DNA of 64,000 nt from an uncultured bacterium (GTDB taxonomy: Bacteria; Omnitrophota; Omnitrophia; Omnitrophales; Aquincolibacteriaceae), in the NCBI GenBank assembly GCA_964434115.1, contig CAYSSX010000010.1, positions 17,795 through 81,794 on the forward strand, written 5' to 3'. Below the pieces are notes generated by a model that made no database searches, had not been told where the DNA came from, and worked only from the letters and a program-made list of their open reading frames with translations. Shown in pieces: positions 43,701-49,309 of the stretch (its first letter is position 1; every line of letters begins with the position of its first letter). Both the position numbers and the translations under genes were made by a program.

Positions 43701-46700
43701 TCAGGCACTCGAAGAAAAGCGCCTTCAAAAGATCCTTCCTTTGATACAGTGCAGCGGGTCTTGGACAAATGGATCAACGAGCAGGATATCCGCCGAAAGC
43801 AGCGCCGCAGAGACTATGTGGAGGCTCTTCAGCGCCAGGCCGTGGAGGATTACGAGGAAGCTCTTCCGGCTTCAGCCGGGCTGGACGAAAAGAAAAAAGC
43901 GCTGCGAGCTCTTTTCCCCGGCCACCCAGCACTCCTGGAAGAAGCGGGACTGGATCCCGCCGCTCAAAAACCCCTGGATGAATATCTGATACCCGCAGGC
44001 GTCCGGACAAATTTTGAAGGCTATCTCCGTGACTTCAGAAGCGGGTTCCTTAACGAGCTGGGTGTATTGAAACTGCATACCAAAATTAACTTTCAGATTC
44101 TTATGGCCGCAGTTGAAGCGCGTGACAGAACAGCTGCCGCTGATGAAATTAAAGCCGAAAGATTCACGGGTTTTGGTGTTTCAAGTTTTGAAGGTGTCAT
44201 GCAGAAGGCTAAGAAAATGAAGACACTCCAGTCCTTTTGGAGTGCGTGGGATTTGGCTGACCAGTACCCTCCTCTTGGCGGCGAAATCATCAACGAGCTT
44301 AAAACCCTCGACCGTTTTTATGGAAACCGTTCCGAGCTCCGCAGCATGAATGAAGCCGCTCTGAAAGAGACTCTCAAAAAGAGCACTGATCTTATGACCT
44401 GGTTCCAGGCCCTTGGAAATTTCGAACCCGAAGACCTGAATCAAAAAATACAAATCACGCTTCAGATCTCAAGGGGCATTCAATTGAAAATGCCGATGCT
44501 TCGCTCCCTGCTGACAGATCCTGAATTTAAAGCATCCGCGCACCGCTTCATCGCAGCCTGGATTTATAACCTCTCCGTTGTTTACGGTACCGGTTTTGCT
44601 GCCGCCGGCGTGGAAGGCGAACCCGATCTTGTCGACATCAAGCTCCTTGAAGACCTCCTGACCTCGGGGGATTTGTCCAGCATCCGCGAATCCCTGGGTA
44701 AAGGGCCGGAGAATCCTCTCGGTATCCGTAATTACGCTAACGCGGGGCGCGAAGTGGTCATCAAGCGGCTTAATGAGCTCACGGATCAGGAAAAAGAAAT
44801 CACGCCCACGGCTATGGACATCAGACTTCAGACCGAAGTCGCTGGAGCTTATCTTGGTGTTGACGTGGGCGGAGGCTCCGCCAAGTGGGCGGTCATCAAA
44901 GACGGACAAATTCTTTCCCTGCCCGCGGAATTAAAGAGCACGACCACTCTTTTACTGAACACGGCCGGAGATCCTGTCAAAGAAACCGCGGCGGAATACG
45001 TAACGCGTCTCACAGCTCATGCTCAGAAAATTCTCGCTTATGTCGGCCAAACCTACGGCATTGAAAAATTTGACGGCGTGGGGATCGACATCCCCGGTGC
45101 TGCGGACTTTGAAAGCAACCGCATGGTGACGCTGGGCCAGATTCCGGTGAAGAAAGAATGGAATCAGGGGGATGTGGAATGGGCGGGGCGGGAAATTCCC
45201 CTTCAAATGGCGGCGGCACTCGATCTTGATTCAGGGCATGTCAAAATCCGCAACGACATGGATGGTGTTCTTCCCGGGGTCGCATCGGTGCTGGCTCAGG
45301 CCAAACCGGATTTCTGGACAGAAACTCAGGGGAACTTCGGCTTTGATTGGATGGGCACCGGCCACGGTAACCAGTATGCTGTGGGCGGCGTTCCGATGAA
45401 CGCTCCGACAGAGTCCGGACACATGATGTTTGAATTCGGAAAACCCGGCAAAGGAATCTTCGACACCGAGGCCTACACAAGTATTCCGAGCATGCTGGCC
45501 TATGCCCGCGCACTCGTTCAACAAAAAGGCATTACCTGGCATGAAATCTCAAGCGATCAGCTGAAGCCCTTGGCAGATCAAGCATTCTATGAGGGTGCCA
45601 ACTCCGTAGAATTATCCAAAAAAGAAATCGCTCTTCGAGTTTTCGACCGCTTTGCTGAAAAATACGCGGCCAACCTTGCGCAGCGTTACACCCTTGCCCG
45701 GGGAAGCGTCTACGGCAATGCGGCCGACGTTCTTTTGGGCGGCGGCATTGCCCGCGGACAAACCGGCGCACTTTTAAAAGACCTCACAATGGAAAAGCTA
45801 AAAGCCTATGGTCTGGAAAGCGCCATTCGCATTACCGTGATTCAGGACGATGACATCCGCGCGGCCGGTCTTGATCCTGATGATGTCGGGCCTGTCGGGT
45901 CAGCTTATTTTATTCAAAGTATTCTGGCCAATCAACCGCCGGCTCCAAACGGCCGGGACTTTGAACTCGGGGGCATTTCTCAGGGCACAAATGACACTGA
46001 AATCAATACCGCTTCAAAACGTCTTCTCGAACTCATGTCCGGCAAAGCGGTTTCCTGGATCCAGCCCGGAATACCCGGTGGTGAGAGTGAACGTCGTACG
46101 GTCATCCTTTCGGATGAGAGCGAATACTTTCAGTGGCGCACAACCCCGGATCAAAAACCTCTCCGGGCGGATCTCCACTTCCACAGCCGTCCCGCGGAGG
46201 AAGAAGTCCGGGCCTTCCCGAATCTTGAAAAGCTTCAGGCTGGCGACCCCGAACTGGCCGCTCTCACCTCCGACTTCGGAAAAATTTCCGGAAATTTTTT
46301 CAAAGCTCCCGATGGAGAGATCGTGTTTATCGTGAGCGTTGTACAGACCGGTGAAAACTGGAGACTTCTCGAAAGAACCACCAAGAACCGATATGACCCT
46401 CACCGGGGCTCAAGTGAGCGCCCTGAAGGAAACCGTTACAGCTGGTATGGAGCGCTTATCGCGTCCTTGGAAGACGCGCTTCGTGAAATGGGCATTCACA
46501 AAATCGCGGTCCTTTCCTCGGACGGCGTCAAAGAAATCCGTGACATCAGCGGCATCAAAATTCAAGACCCGATCACACAAAAAATGTACGGTAAGCCCGG
46601 CCCAGGCTACAGCGCAGACAGGATCACGCTGACCGCACCCGGGGAAACGCATGAGCTTCAAGTCTGGGTCAAGCCGCTTGGCAGCGAAACGCGTTCTGAA

Positions 46701-47210
46701 CTCAGGCAAAGTGAACGCACGGATACTTCCCTTCAAAAAGGAACACTGCTCATCAATGCGGACATGCTTGCCGGTTTATCCCCAGCCCAGGCTGATGAAC
46801 TTTTCTCAAGGCTCTACCTCAATAAAACAGATCTCCGTCTTGTGGTGTTCAATGAAAACGGACAGGTTCCTTTGACCCCGGCTTTCAACGCCATTCTCAA
46901 ACTTCCCAATGTTTTCAAGACTTCCGGAAGCGATTACAATGCGGCGGGAGAAAAATATGGTTTTCCGAACAGCGTGAGTGTTCTCTTTCTGAACCCGGGT
47001 GAAATTTTTCAACCCAAGAGTAACCTTTTAAAAGCCGTGCTGCTGAAAAAACGGGCGGGAGAAATTGAGTTCGCGAGACTGCTGGCTTTTAACGGCGGGA
47101 AACTACCTGAGGCTTCGGAAGAGAACGGGGTTTTTGATCCCCCTGCCAGCTTCCTTTCAGATCTTGACCAAAGAATCCTGAGCACGCTGGTGATCGCATA
47201 CTCCGCTTAA
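28725..47210 (+). CDS. Giant exported multi-enzyme protein, 6161 aa. It has a signal peptide, a shared N-terminal domain, four Rossmann/SAM-MTase-like cores, a Ser/Thr kinase-like core, a P-loop, an M23-like motif and an ASKHA sugar-kinase-like motif. There are 12 exact RSELR punctuation motifs plus one RSELSR variant.
   Basis: An 18.5 kb uninterrupted ORF. The N-terminus MKKNLPLKIMAAFTAISLMTDPGNVYA-ATG reads as a Sec signal. Domain motifs are listed as separate features. The gene ends 10 bp from the convergent CHASE2 kinase gene. Confidence 0.85.
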   Translation: MKKNLPLKIMAAFTAISLMTDPGNVYAATGLPKAASSPAKAPEISETAGQMEDFFQGTSAKTILYIQDAHDSLEAQKNIASLISQFTEKDGVKTVFEEGYEGPVPTDRFFGFIPASEIREKVSGFLLDKLRIGGAEYAHINRKTDFKLIGADNLDKYKKNIEAFRAAAKENQVIARDLDAILTEIESLASQRFPKSFREWVKLRDKYDCAAVDLLDYLKRTRKILETSPSGLAGVPEKIPAIELLLRASASDQNETLTTQAKTITPQALFQDLAALDTLTAERFLTAEGDRRIFHYREALHLLKRLNQMEVTPAEYAASQKMITGLNTRELADFIARESKKSLVLSKAWENSIQKASAFYELAKQRDEAIEKTLSDFLQQPDETTAVLVYGGFHKANILSIFQKLGVSYGIITPKISGPDPVHERYYKELMAVGLHDYEKTVLPAAGTAARATRPPSLFVETFGEASIQSLYRTVEQNPDTPLELLEREVPRSELRSEASPSANLIAADSALAAFGRGLGVNFNVPESALRNGYWQYEINPLPAERKVIHKRMIPAYKNGSEQLPTHLRLIFKDRQPLLIVSDGIAWGQIPEDIRSANEKAFIARFAGVYKHLSPGKAQKKGREEFLRSISKKQIALGFSLVPEEAQHPFLLAQRWFEAQTQSVGTYSTQFFDVTKPEDLQSPILTFEGVYKPYTVSSHLFRSGIRPGKNSLVYVLGSGSGADALRAAEKAKGQIRIVASDIDSLAAENTRYNAARSPYSAVIEVHRADLFNIPGRPEGERADHIYFNPPLSMNAADGNLATADEGMRVLTRFLTEAPDHLKETGTLELTYTETPEFLHKVYSLGWEPALIEGLHLSRKHFPNNRSDYVRFTLRRMSTSRTAELQEVVSDWAKLIPLQKKTRGGPNPFTASDLALLKALKGKYSASQDFTGRLISKTLYALEKISQGLTPLRPEDDKRFNLNYPQTLPVPGQVYQHSQRQELTVQVTRLESNGSFNIQSFQDGRSQGPEQIVPEEQTEAFLREFAPVRSELRMVSSFEMELAFGDLAKTPTLSGGRNDDFLYENGKKVAVIMPWSKFIYRALDSDGREIPDRIYKITHYASENETLFEEAKKIFALQTPGVSKLQRIGTLKSGGMWVELKGIASARSMDREIFGRTPRLFNVLIRAGELLKGIHERGIVHGDIKPENLLINNAQELEWIDFGGNFTRGYVALDEEKNPIEDKTSPDVDVYSFIMIIAHLLDHQIQAQSPEIGKTLRRMRDEYLHLILKDWTFQRFEELLQIGVWTEKLTPLPRKKWPKDMSEITEKLKHDLQELSENHPELFTTAVEEEKKLIHASVHSSETRDTAQKLKQLLDTLQRDGALHPGKIAVTDLSRGAVAPAFKEQVEAFSHQKEISIVMEGAYLDDCCRQASWTLLEYARNNPEKNLNLHFPVDLIAYPHDFLAESDSKEKISALLFNLEADAAGLSYEVFVDGVKTESTDAPAGPQEPVRVKLYLWSDSLLMAQTVTESLRPGSGDQNTDSRSELRQPGETNPLIQNLFFEKEITPETIAAAEALIPKPILDRLIREGYELPKGFKTQGAPGAARKLILDIQKGAGSLQIILKDRKNPSYEFLKIPLSVKGKQLGLGFGHLNQFSEAKTAYPGYDDPVFAWWFLKNLVPFAKQTGFDDFDLIQGPLSDDDLTKAGFKLRDEESGVPLWIYDLKLRESRSELRNDGERLEIPLGETRKVTVAAGEKILVSGFDPKRRTSALIEIRSVEKSPGREIGGRFKAPRREAEIRISAPPEIVILRDTEWLEFLSDHENPDASVNIFGHWNRPALWALRDKLIARSFGRRFMSWRAYLPEERKVYLMDLNTRARVEIEITNTDIEKNEADLILRPVVSAEFGTGYFVQAFSNSQQPVSAIRSELSRAKINETELSEVKTHAQRVAADFGFPSEFTSFAVLDKVHAPEIDPDLTAYLVKLTVLLPSSTETEKEFLIGLDQNRRLAAGAWLIPLNAQEKTFQMGQTRAFISQKGLMQRTLTLALKSGVINTWFSDTEYNRSDDAEDMYDRLMKDPELSIEEIQDQFKVKLRTRSELRALASNNADAPALLEAYPKLKQISDAWEEFLRNSEVDRNKFLNAYEGGAFVRSPFQWMNFMKENWNLNAQSRILDVGSGNGLAAMAFNILTGAQVTSIEIDPMRWVVLQNFLTFLKDQKGLEFPGVRFEQGDFLKYPLEGVDFIYFYYTHPVVHQARQGDAIVDRLENDLPQGAVFVSPGFYLEAEYSRMLLRRINREAYFAETSLHYREARLPPGNPLQHTRTAVVLTKRMDGAIPENPPRSELRAAEIPAELAGFNSNAPLWDFLKSFGIDPSKAKIEKLEGPWGRVRAAQHEVFGVLPGSELDAAVMESAFAVFDAQEIRERLRQNGHPEDSALQYLYLLTHENKPAAFVWAIPGAAFEPIYYYPLRGREQQALWPSAEDRGSDGAALTLPPETELFIRHFHKKDYGKNPVMQGGLPLSTLGQGLPGAQLRTFEEGLAFPTVFSLNHASSKGLVAAADLLINNGVLSVRDKTISEIGSGAGWIGTQMTLRGAREAHLYDLTLIKAANAMSTAKLFGAGERVHTYRSKSADILPSSDVYFWNIPDFSSSARDLSGSMPLDQKASIDVNNRIRIESVQKVFHELLNASPASASFLVRINPLDESAFRGMLKESGWEIHPKAAGLIQNPGRGGSYFLLRPELQGAEAKTRQAEDKLSPGLQNNPELLEAFREIGRDLLPLGNQMPVLLVEGMPGSGKSSRAKDLKAVLESEGRRAVIIHSESYLRNGRYDKPLKGFFGLLFRWLTRRPARELLAYAVSMFVNEGTVANWIQQIQEIQKEPEGSGFLKINGNPRDDVYIGPETILIIEGTLSSVLFASVPNVKKLFLDLSGSKIRSQFIRRALRETNLGPVYAFFKAWLMVPEIAVRFFRILSRNFDFILNLTDEKSPVLTRPHKLSGQPHAASPRSELRAEKSGQGKDRLFDPAQSPGELTAEEKEMIRQTQRTGLFRAGPLDETKPLWLFGEQDVMGPFIAGHLGDAAAPLIKPELYAGKKVLVVPGYGNLPFLLRAFGAREVTAMDLDPATIAWQKLKWKSGTEELQNWLFVTETSRPMIRSHHRSGWVSNLDQPPAGDVMDHMTFQTGNILNPIPLSGEKYDLVVIPYLFGFAHGLVTEDQWDKVLENLAKVLTPEGRVILVPGKMDLSKFRESDEKSQTENYQIWLNDLERKGWKVSHSKRYGFHNILGYEPVSAGFSILTPRSELRPEELGSFFQKVRDVFDHLPADFKHRNVLGYEFKTPQEVSEHLGGLGDEVSAAVAGIYHTRGFMMGSESIDPQDTGKPVHSRTFWIDPSNPNFRFAALLEVIKRGTEAVEGVYDQRDTEAAVNLLRQHLGEKPEKQALTAGLASFSSWRTLLDEVMVMDQRRISRSELRTKTQVEMNFDVPVEISGLAELIAKAPTIEALAQDPAQKIRRFPDGTYGNLYDAPFGHYPSYKILWQNGDLTVSHQLFKDHPLEIIYFSAAKQGSLFSLQIESGKIKKLYAYDPSRIEPFIFSPQSEGMPFKEEVIRWLKLKKPDDAAIKAAYARVEKDKADVWENLGVMMMMDQFDTSVTGKAPEMLASDEAALTARIKDMHHGIFWEQDLFQFTDGSWAFLDGKSGLVPNLEDSFRSRAHISIHNHPMMAPEEESGISRGDQGVFLKETSLKAEYVIADYGGAYKMTLSAEAPDPGAGEKILEGLQKHVTLTGVSRAWVHDTESGRWIKIEYLPEDAFQKLFLEHGLKIFTDVNLDWKSFGESKRSELRAPEQPEKSKEKAVKAPDELQVMRNSLRHFLRRQLAGRPIDPSKYVFISDFLPYRILAARNAEGKILGFAFGKKGNRRMHSLITEEGHEPSGFLHEKDEHGVRIITYVTEGDKNYKEDEFVLGRYGDVYRLKIEESGGTPTQQAIEYASWMPSYMLTKAQEVEALSKILGPQLYAGLRQFLPPEAKLVLAPGMEPEARMTYWPSVQGSIRSREEVFGGLDHEGFDVAHIQTPDAAQRQLKEGTPIQSLVNERGRVQWVFEDNVQSTAIVLSDLVMPIGSTRMLIPKNPDDVAQLQRRTDGTIGFPESVEVETVETPGERYRIAFVYTHLKLEDWVRPGAEIKASDPRTLGTIERHRKYPFSPVVPHLHFAVMLFKESEIGKYPSLNYDLLNSKLGPNKTVLYVNPLSLLDAAQRTDLFVEGDAARPGFRSAAIQALDPNALKSVRARLAHTLLGIPVWTAASPAQLSEEMQQSDLVIHQTPAGWEILLSGLMKDKLLHLKTTAADEDELIQLIEAMDLQLRRPKHDALGLSMKETKTMTPSETVEAIRSMASREEIKDHHDSAFIDVVHPDFALVNIGYGVHAGLLTPSDSKGFNTDTRIFFFRIHYRPDREIHGQKIPEYLVIKPPYLVEDPSVQKAGAGDLSKMEPGLYTDLISLARFLLAGGFPENTKIRVDEFDNFPNILGTLALHEEDGALPLARLSALPTELARSELRAAGETSEAADQKESLLPSLWAGARSAFGKRVFSYEEFTAKAFPVSKAVFRSQFELLETLGLARVERAEGISGRPLRVRLTRAAEKWTADKRRIHEEELDFLLHQYSRPGDEEIIRPQVARVLSGEQLFKLPVQADSYEKQEIDMSRDDYFFPGLVITFRTLRNYFGKEYVKASALAELLNKNDDKGRALRKWVEDLEKLGLLETSRKGATGSVWVRLRQDLDSIKAAKIEQVLLESSKTKADPSLSFKIRNILEDRAAPVDQHKSAVTTPPAKVLGQWKLTLPTLVRAIEEEELAQQSQGIQEPSVRLNQVAKRLNVNITAFHQSILQNYVDLRRLGIQGLALGLPVDSSTTPEPRKRNPLDLEKARPVFEQLIRSAVQRLRGTDPEFAEIPIRTSLLAYELGLSDTGLRDPLKELSLLPLLEELGVFSFKPSTPALENQTREFLKSLNLQDTQELVDFTIGKSGTRRKAPSKDPSFDTVQRVLDKWINEQDIRRKQRRRDYVEALQRQAVEDYEEALPASAGLDEKKKALRALFPGHPALLEEAGLDPAAQKPLDEYLIPAGVRTNFEGYLRDFRSGFLNELGVLKLHTKINFQILMAAVEARDRTAAADEIKAERFTGFGVSSFEGVMQKAKKMKTLQSFWSAWDLADQYPPLGGEIINELKTLDRFYGNRSELRSMNEAALKETLKKSTDLMTWFQALGNFEPEDLNQKIQITLQISRGIQLKMPMLRSLLTDPEFKASAHRFIAAWIYNLSVVYGTGFAAAGVEGEPDLVDIKLLEDLLTSGDLSSIRESLGKGPENPLGIRNYANAGREVVIKRLNELTDQEKEITPTAMDIRLQTEVAGAYLGVDVGGGSAKWAVIKDGQILSLPAELKSTTTLLLNTAGDPVKETAAEYVTRLTAHAQKILAYVGQTYGIEKFDGVGIDIPGAADFESNRMVTLGQIPVKKEWNQGDVEWAGREIPLQMAAALDLDSGHVKIRNDMDGVLPGVASVLAQAKPDFWTETQGNFGFDWMGTGHGNQYAVGGVPMNAPTESGHMMFEFGKPGKGIFDTEAYTSIPSMLAYARALVQQKGITWHEISSDQLKPLADQAFYEGANSVELSKKEIALRVFDRFAEKYAANLAQRYTLARGSVYGNAADVLLGGGIARGQTGALLKDLTMEKLKAYGLESAIRITVIQDDDIRAAGLDPDDVGPVGSAYFIQSILANQPPAPNGRDFELGGISQGTNDTEINTASKRLLELMSGKAVSWIQPGIPGGESERRTVILSDESEYFQWRTTPDQKPLRADLHFHSRPAEEEVRAFPNLEKLQAGDPELAALTSDFGKISGNFFKAPDGEIVFIVSVVQTGENWRLLERTTKNRYDPHRGSSERPEGNRYSWYGALIASLEDALREMGIHKIAVLSSDGVKEIRDISGIKIQDPITQKMYGKPGPGYSADRITLTAPGETHELQVWVKPLGSETRSELRQSERTDTSLQKGTLLINADMLAGLSPAQADELFSRLYLNKTDLRLVVFNENGQVPLTPAFNAILKLPNVFKTSGSDYNAAGEKYGFPNSVSVLFLNPGEIFQPKSNLLKAVLLKKRAGEIEFARLLAFNGGKLPEASEENGVFDPPASFLSDLDQRILSTLVIAYSA
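28890..29990 (+). other. Shared N-terminal domain of the two giant proteins (unknown function, possibly TIKI/TraB/ChaN-like)
   Basis: ILYIQDAHDSLEAQKNIASLI...VKTVFEEGYEGPVP...REKVSGFLLDKLRIGGAEYAHINRK...VLVYGGFHKANI aligns residue-by-residue with the 515..8914 product. The DAH / EEGYEG / GGFH(K) triplet loosely recalls the GTxH...E...GxxH motifs of the TIKI/TraB/GumN superfamily. This is inference only. Confidence 0.3.
30867..31094 (+). other. SAM-methyltransferase-like module 1 (HemK/N6-MTase-like with NPP motif)
   Basis: Motif I VLGSGSGADAL at 30867-30899 and motif IV FNPPL at 31083-31097. Confidence 0.5.
31880..32620 (+). other. Eukaryotic-like Ser/Thr protein kinase catalytic core
   Basis: Catalytic loop IVHGDIKPENLL (HGD at 32262-32270). 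DFG-like IDFGG (32322-32330). Upstream Lys-region candidate KKVAVIMPW. Downstream DVYSFIMIIAHLL fits the kinase subdomain IX position. Confidence 0.6.
35171..35500 (+). other. SAM-methyltransferase-like module 2
   Basis: Motif I RILDVGSGNGLAAMAFNILTGAQVTSIEIDP. It lies between RSELR sites 5 and 6 and is 248 aa, roughly one MTase fold. Confidence 0.5.
36383..36700 (+). other. Rossmann/MTase-like module 3
   Basis: ISEIGSGAGWIGTQMTLRGAREAHLYDL. Confidence 0.4.
37026..37400 (+). other. P-loop NTPase/kinase-like module
   Basis: Walker A VEGMPGSGKSSRAK (37026-37052). Downstream IIHSE and LIIEGT resemble nucleoside/nucleotide kinase Walker B. Confidence 0.5.
37900..38350 (+). other. Rossmann/MTase-like module 4
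   Basis: KVLVVPGYGNLPFLLRAFGAREVTAMDLDP...DLVVIPYL. It lies between RSELR sites 7 and 8 and is 293 aa. Confidence 0.4.
41150..41330 (+). other. Degenerate M23-peptidase (LytM)-like motif
   Basis: VRPGAEIKASDP...GTIERHRKYPFSPVVPHLHFAV (PHLHF at 41262-41276) resembles the M23 HxxxD ... HLHFE zinc-ligand signature. Confidence 0.35.
44856..45800 (+). other. ASKHA-fold (ROK/BadF/glucokinase-like) sugar-kinase-like module
   Basis: Phosphate-1 loop LGVDVGGGSAKWAVIKDGQ (44856-44888). Later GVGIDIPGA and LGGGIARG resemble phosphate-2 and adenosine motifs. Confidence 0.45.
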
Positions 47211-47219
47211 GGCAGGCCC

Positions 47220-49190
47220 TTACAGCGGCAGAAGAATTTTCCACGTGGTTCCCTGGCCCTGAACCGAAAGAGCCGTAATCTCCCCGCCGTGGCTGTGAAT
47301 AATCCCGTGGCAAACAGAAAGCCCCAGCCCTGTGCCCTGGCCTTCGGGCTTGGTGGTCACAAACGGCTGAAACAAATGCTTCCGCACCTTCTCAGGGATA
47401 CCCGGCCCATTATCCTGAACCTCAATCCGCACGCTCTTTGTTTCGGCTTTCAGCCTCAAAGTAATACTCCTTTTTTCCTGGGTAAGGAGCGCGTCACGGG
47501 CATTACGGATCAAGTTCATCAGAACCTGGGAAATCTGCCCCGAATCATAAGCAAAAACCGGGACCTCTTCCAGTTCCCGGATCACTTCAATGCTGTTCAT
47601 CTCCAGATCTTTTTCCAGAAACATCAGCGTGCTTTCAATCGTCCTTTTTAAATTTCCGGGCACAGAATTCGGCTCGCTTTTCCGGGCAAAGGTCAGAAGG
47701 CTGTTCAAAATGGTTTTCGCGCTCTTCATAACTTCCTGCACATGGTCCAGGCTCTGCTTCACGCGTTCAGGAGAGGAGCTTGCAATGGCCGCGTAATCCA
47801 CATTCATACTGATGGCCGCGAGAATATTCCGGAACTCGTGCGCCATGCCCGCGGACAACTCGCCAAGAGCCGCCATCTTCGTGGATTGAATCAGCTGGTG
47901 CTGCGTGCGCTTGAGTTCCTCAAGCGCGGTAAAATAATGAGAGCTGGTCACGCCGATAAACACCACCAAAATGACCATCAGCGGGCCGGCAAGCGGCAGC
48001 CACAACCCCAGCATAAAAGCGCCCTGAGCTCCGGCGAAGCATCCCGCCGCCAGAACAAAAACGGCTGGAAGCGCGCGCCGGAAGTGCAGAAAAAGGGTGA
48101 CCCCAAGGGCCAATGCGCCCGCCAAAAGCCATAACAGAAAAGCGATCCAGGCCGGCGGGCGCGCCAGAAAATTGCCTTCGAGAATATTCGCGATGGCTTG
48201 AGCGTGAAGACTGACACCGGTTTCATAACGCGCCATGGGTGTCACGCGCCGGTCCCCCAGCCCCAAAGCGGTCACTCCGACCACCACAATTTTATCTTTC
48301 AGCGCCAGCAGGATATCGGGGCTGTCTTCCCCCGCCATCCACAATTTTCCCGCGTTTAGAATTTGCACAAAGGAATACGCGTGAATGCTCTGCGAACTCG
48401 CGTAGTAATTGATCAGCATCTCTCCGTTTTTGTTGACCGGAATTTCAATTCTCCCCATGCGGCTCTTTTGAATGACCACCTTGCGCGGATGGACCCTCAC
48501 GTCTTCAAGTTTGGCTTCCAGGGCGCGCAGAGCAATCAGCAAATCCATGGAGGGGTAAATCTTGCCGCGGTAACGCATGAGGAGCTGGGCATGACGCGTC
48601 TTACCGTCGGAATCCAGCGGCGTGTTCACAAACGCAAGATCCGTGGCACCGGCAAGATCGTCATAAGGAAGCGAAACCCGGTTGGCTTCTTCCAGACCTT
48701 CGGGCAAAGCCCGGCTTCCGGGCACCGCAAAAGTCTGGAGGCGTTTTTCATTGGGATGTTCCTCGGCCTGCTTCGCGGAACTTTTCTCAAAAAAGTACGC
48801 CGTAACCAGCGGGTTGGGAAAAGACTTGATCTGATAGGCCAGCGATAAATCCCCGGTCGGGTTCGCCAGGCTTCGGCTTTCAAAAAGAAGGTCATAGCCG
48901 ACCACACGGGGACGGAAAGGCTCATAGCGCAAAAGGCCGATCAGCGCGGCATGATGATCCCGGGGCCAGGGCCATTGCCCCAGAGAATCCAAACTCACTT
49001 CATCAACACCGATCACCGCAATTTTGTCCGGAAAAGGGCGGGCAGGGCGTAATTTAAAATGAAGATCCAGGAAAAGGTACTCCAAAGGGTCGATCCAGCC
49101 GGTAAGGCCGGCCAGCGAGGTGACAAGCAAAAGGGCTCCCCCCACCACGAGTTCGATCTTTTTACGCTTGTCCAGCCGGATCTTTTTCAT
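47220..49190 (-). CDS. CHASE2-domain sensor histidine kinase
   Basis: N-terminal periplasmic CHASE2 region flanked by TM segments. HisKA H-box AAGMAHEFRN. HATPase G-boxes DNGPGIP...GTGLGLS. Confidence 0.8.
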   Translation of the reverse strand: MKKIRLDKRKKIELVVGGALLLVTSLAGLTGWIDPLEYLFLDLHFKLRPARPFPDKIAVIGVDEVSLDSLGQWPWPRDHHAALIGLLRYEPFRPRVVGYDLLFESRSLANPTGDLSLAYQIKSFPNPLVTAYFFEKSSAKQAEEHPNEKRLQTFAVPGSRALPEGLEEANRVSLPYDDLAGATDLAFVNTPLDSDGKTRHAQLLMRYRGKIYPSMDLLIALRALEAKLEDVRVHPRKVVIQKSRMGRIEIPVNKNGEMLINYYASSQSIHAYSFVQILNAGKLWMAGEDSPDILLALKDKIVVVGVTALGLGDRRVTPMARYETGVSLHAQAIANILEGNFLARPPAWIAFLLWLLAGALALGVTLFLHFRRALPAVFVLAAGCFAGAQGAFMLGLWLPLAGPLMVILVVFIGVTSSHYFTALEELKRTQHQLIQSTKMAALGELSAGMAHEFRNILAAISMNVDYAAIASSSPERVKQSLDHVQEVMKSAKTILNSLLTFARKSEPNSVPGNLKRTIESTLMFLEKDLEMNSIEVIRELEEVPVFAYDSGQISQVLMNLIRNARDALLTQEKRSITLRLKAETKSVRIEVQDNGPGIPEKVRKHLFQPFVTTKPEGQGTGLGLSVCHGIIHSHGGEITALSVQGQGTTWKILLPL

Positions 49191-49309
49191 GCCCCTCCTG
49201 TTCCTATAACCTTAGCATATCGGCACAGTTACGGCATTACCGCAGGCCGTTTATCAGCCTTTTAAGCCCCCTTCCGGTTTGACGGGGCCGTCCTCAACCA
49301 CGTACACTA

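Noticed and set aside
30198-46706. Considered whether the recurring RSELR sites are a nucleotide-level repeat family (CRISPR-like array, REP element or mobile-element scar).
   Set aside because: The 15-nt sites share no constant DNA sequence because synonymous codons differ at nearly every copy. Spacing is irregular (0.5-3 kb) and all copies are in-frame within one ORF. The signal is at the peptide level.
47211-47219. Searched for a terminator between the convergent giant gene and the CHASE2 kinase.
   Set aside because: The gap is only 10 bp with no hairpin. Termination must occur inside the neighbouring coding sequence or by another mechanism.
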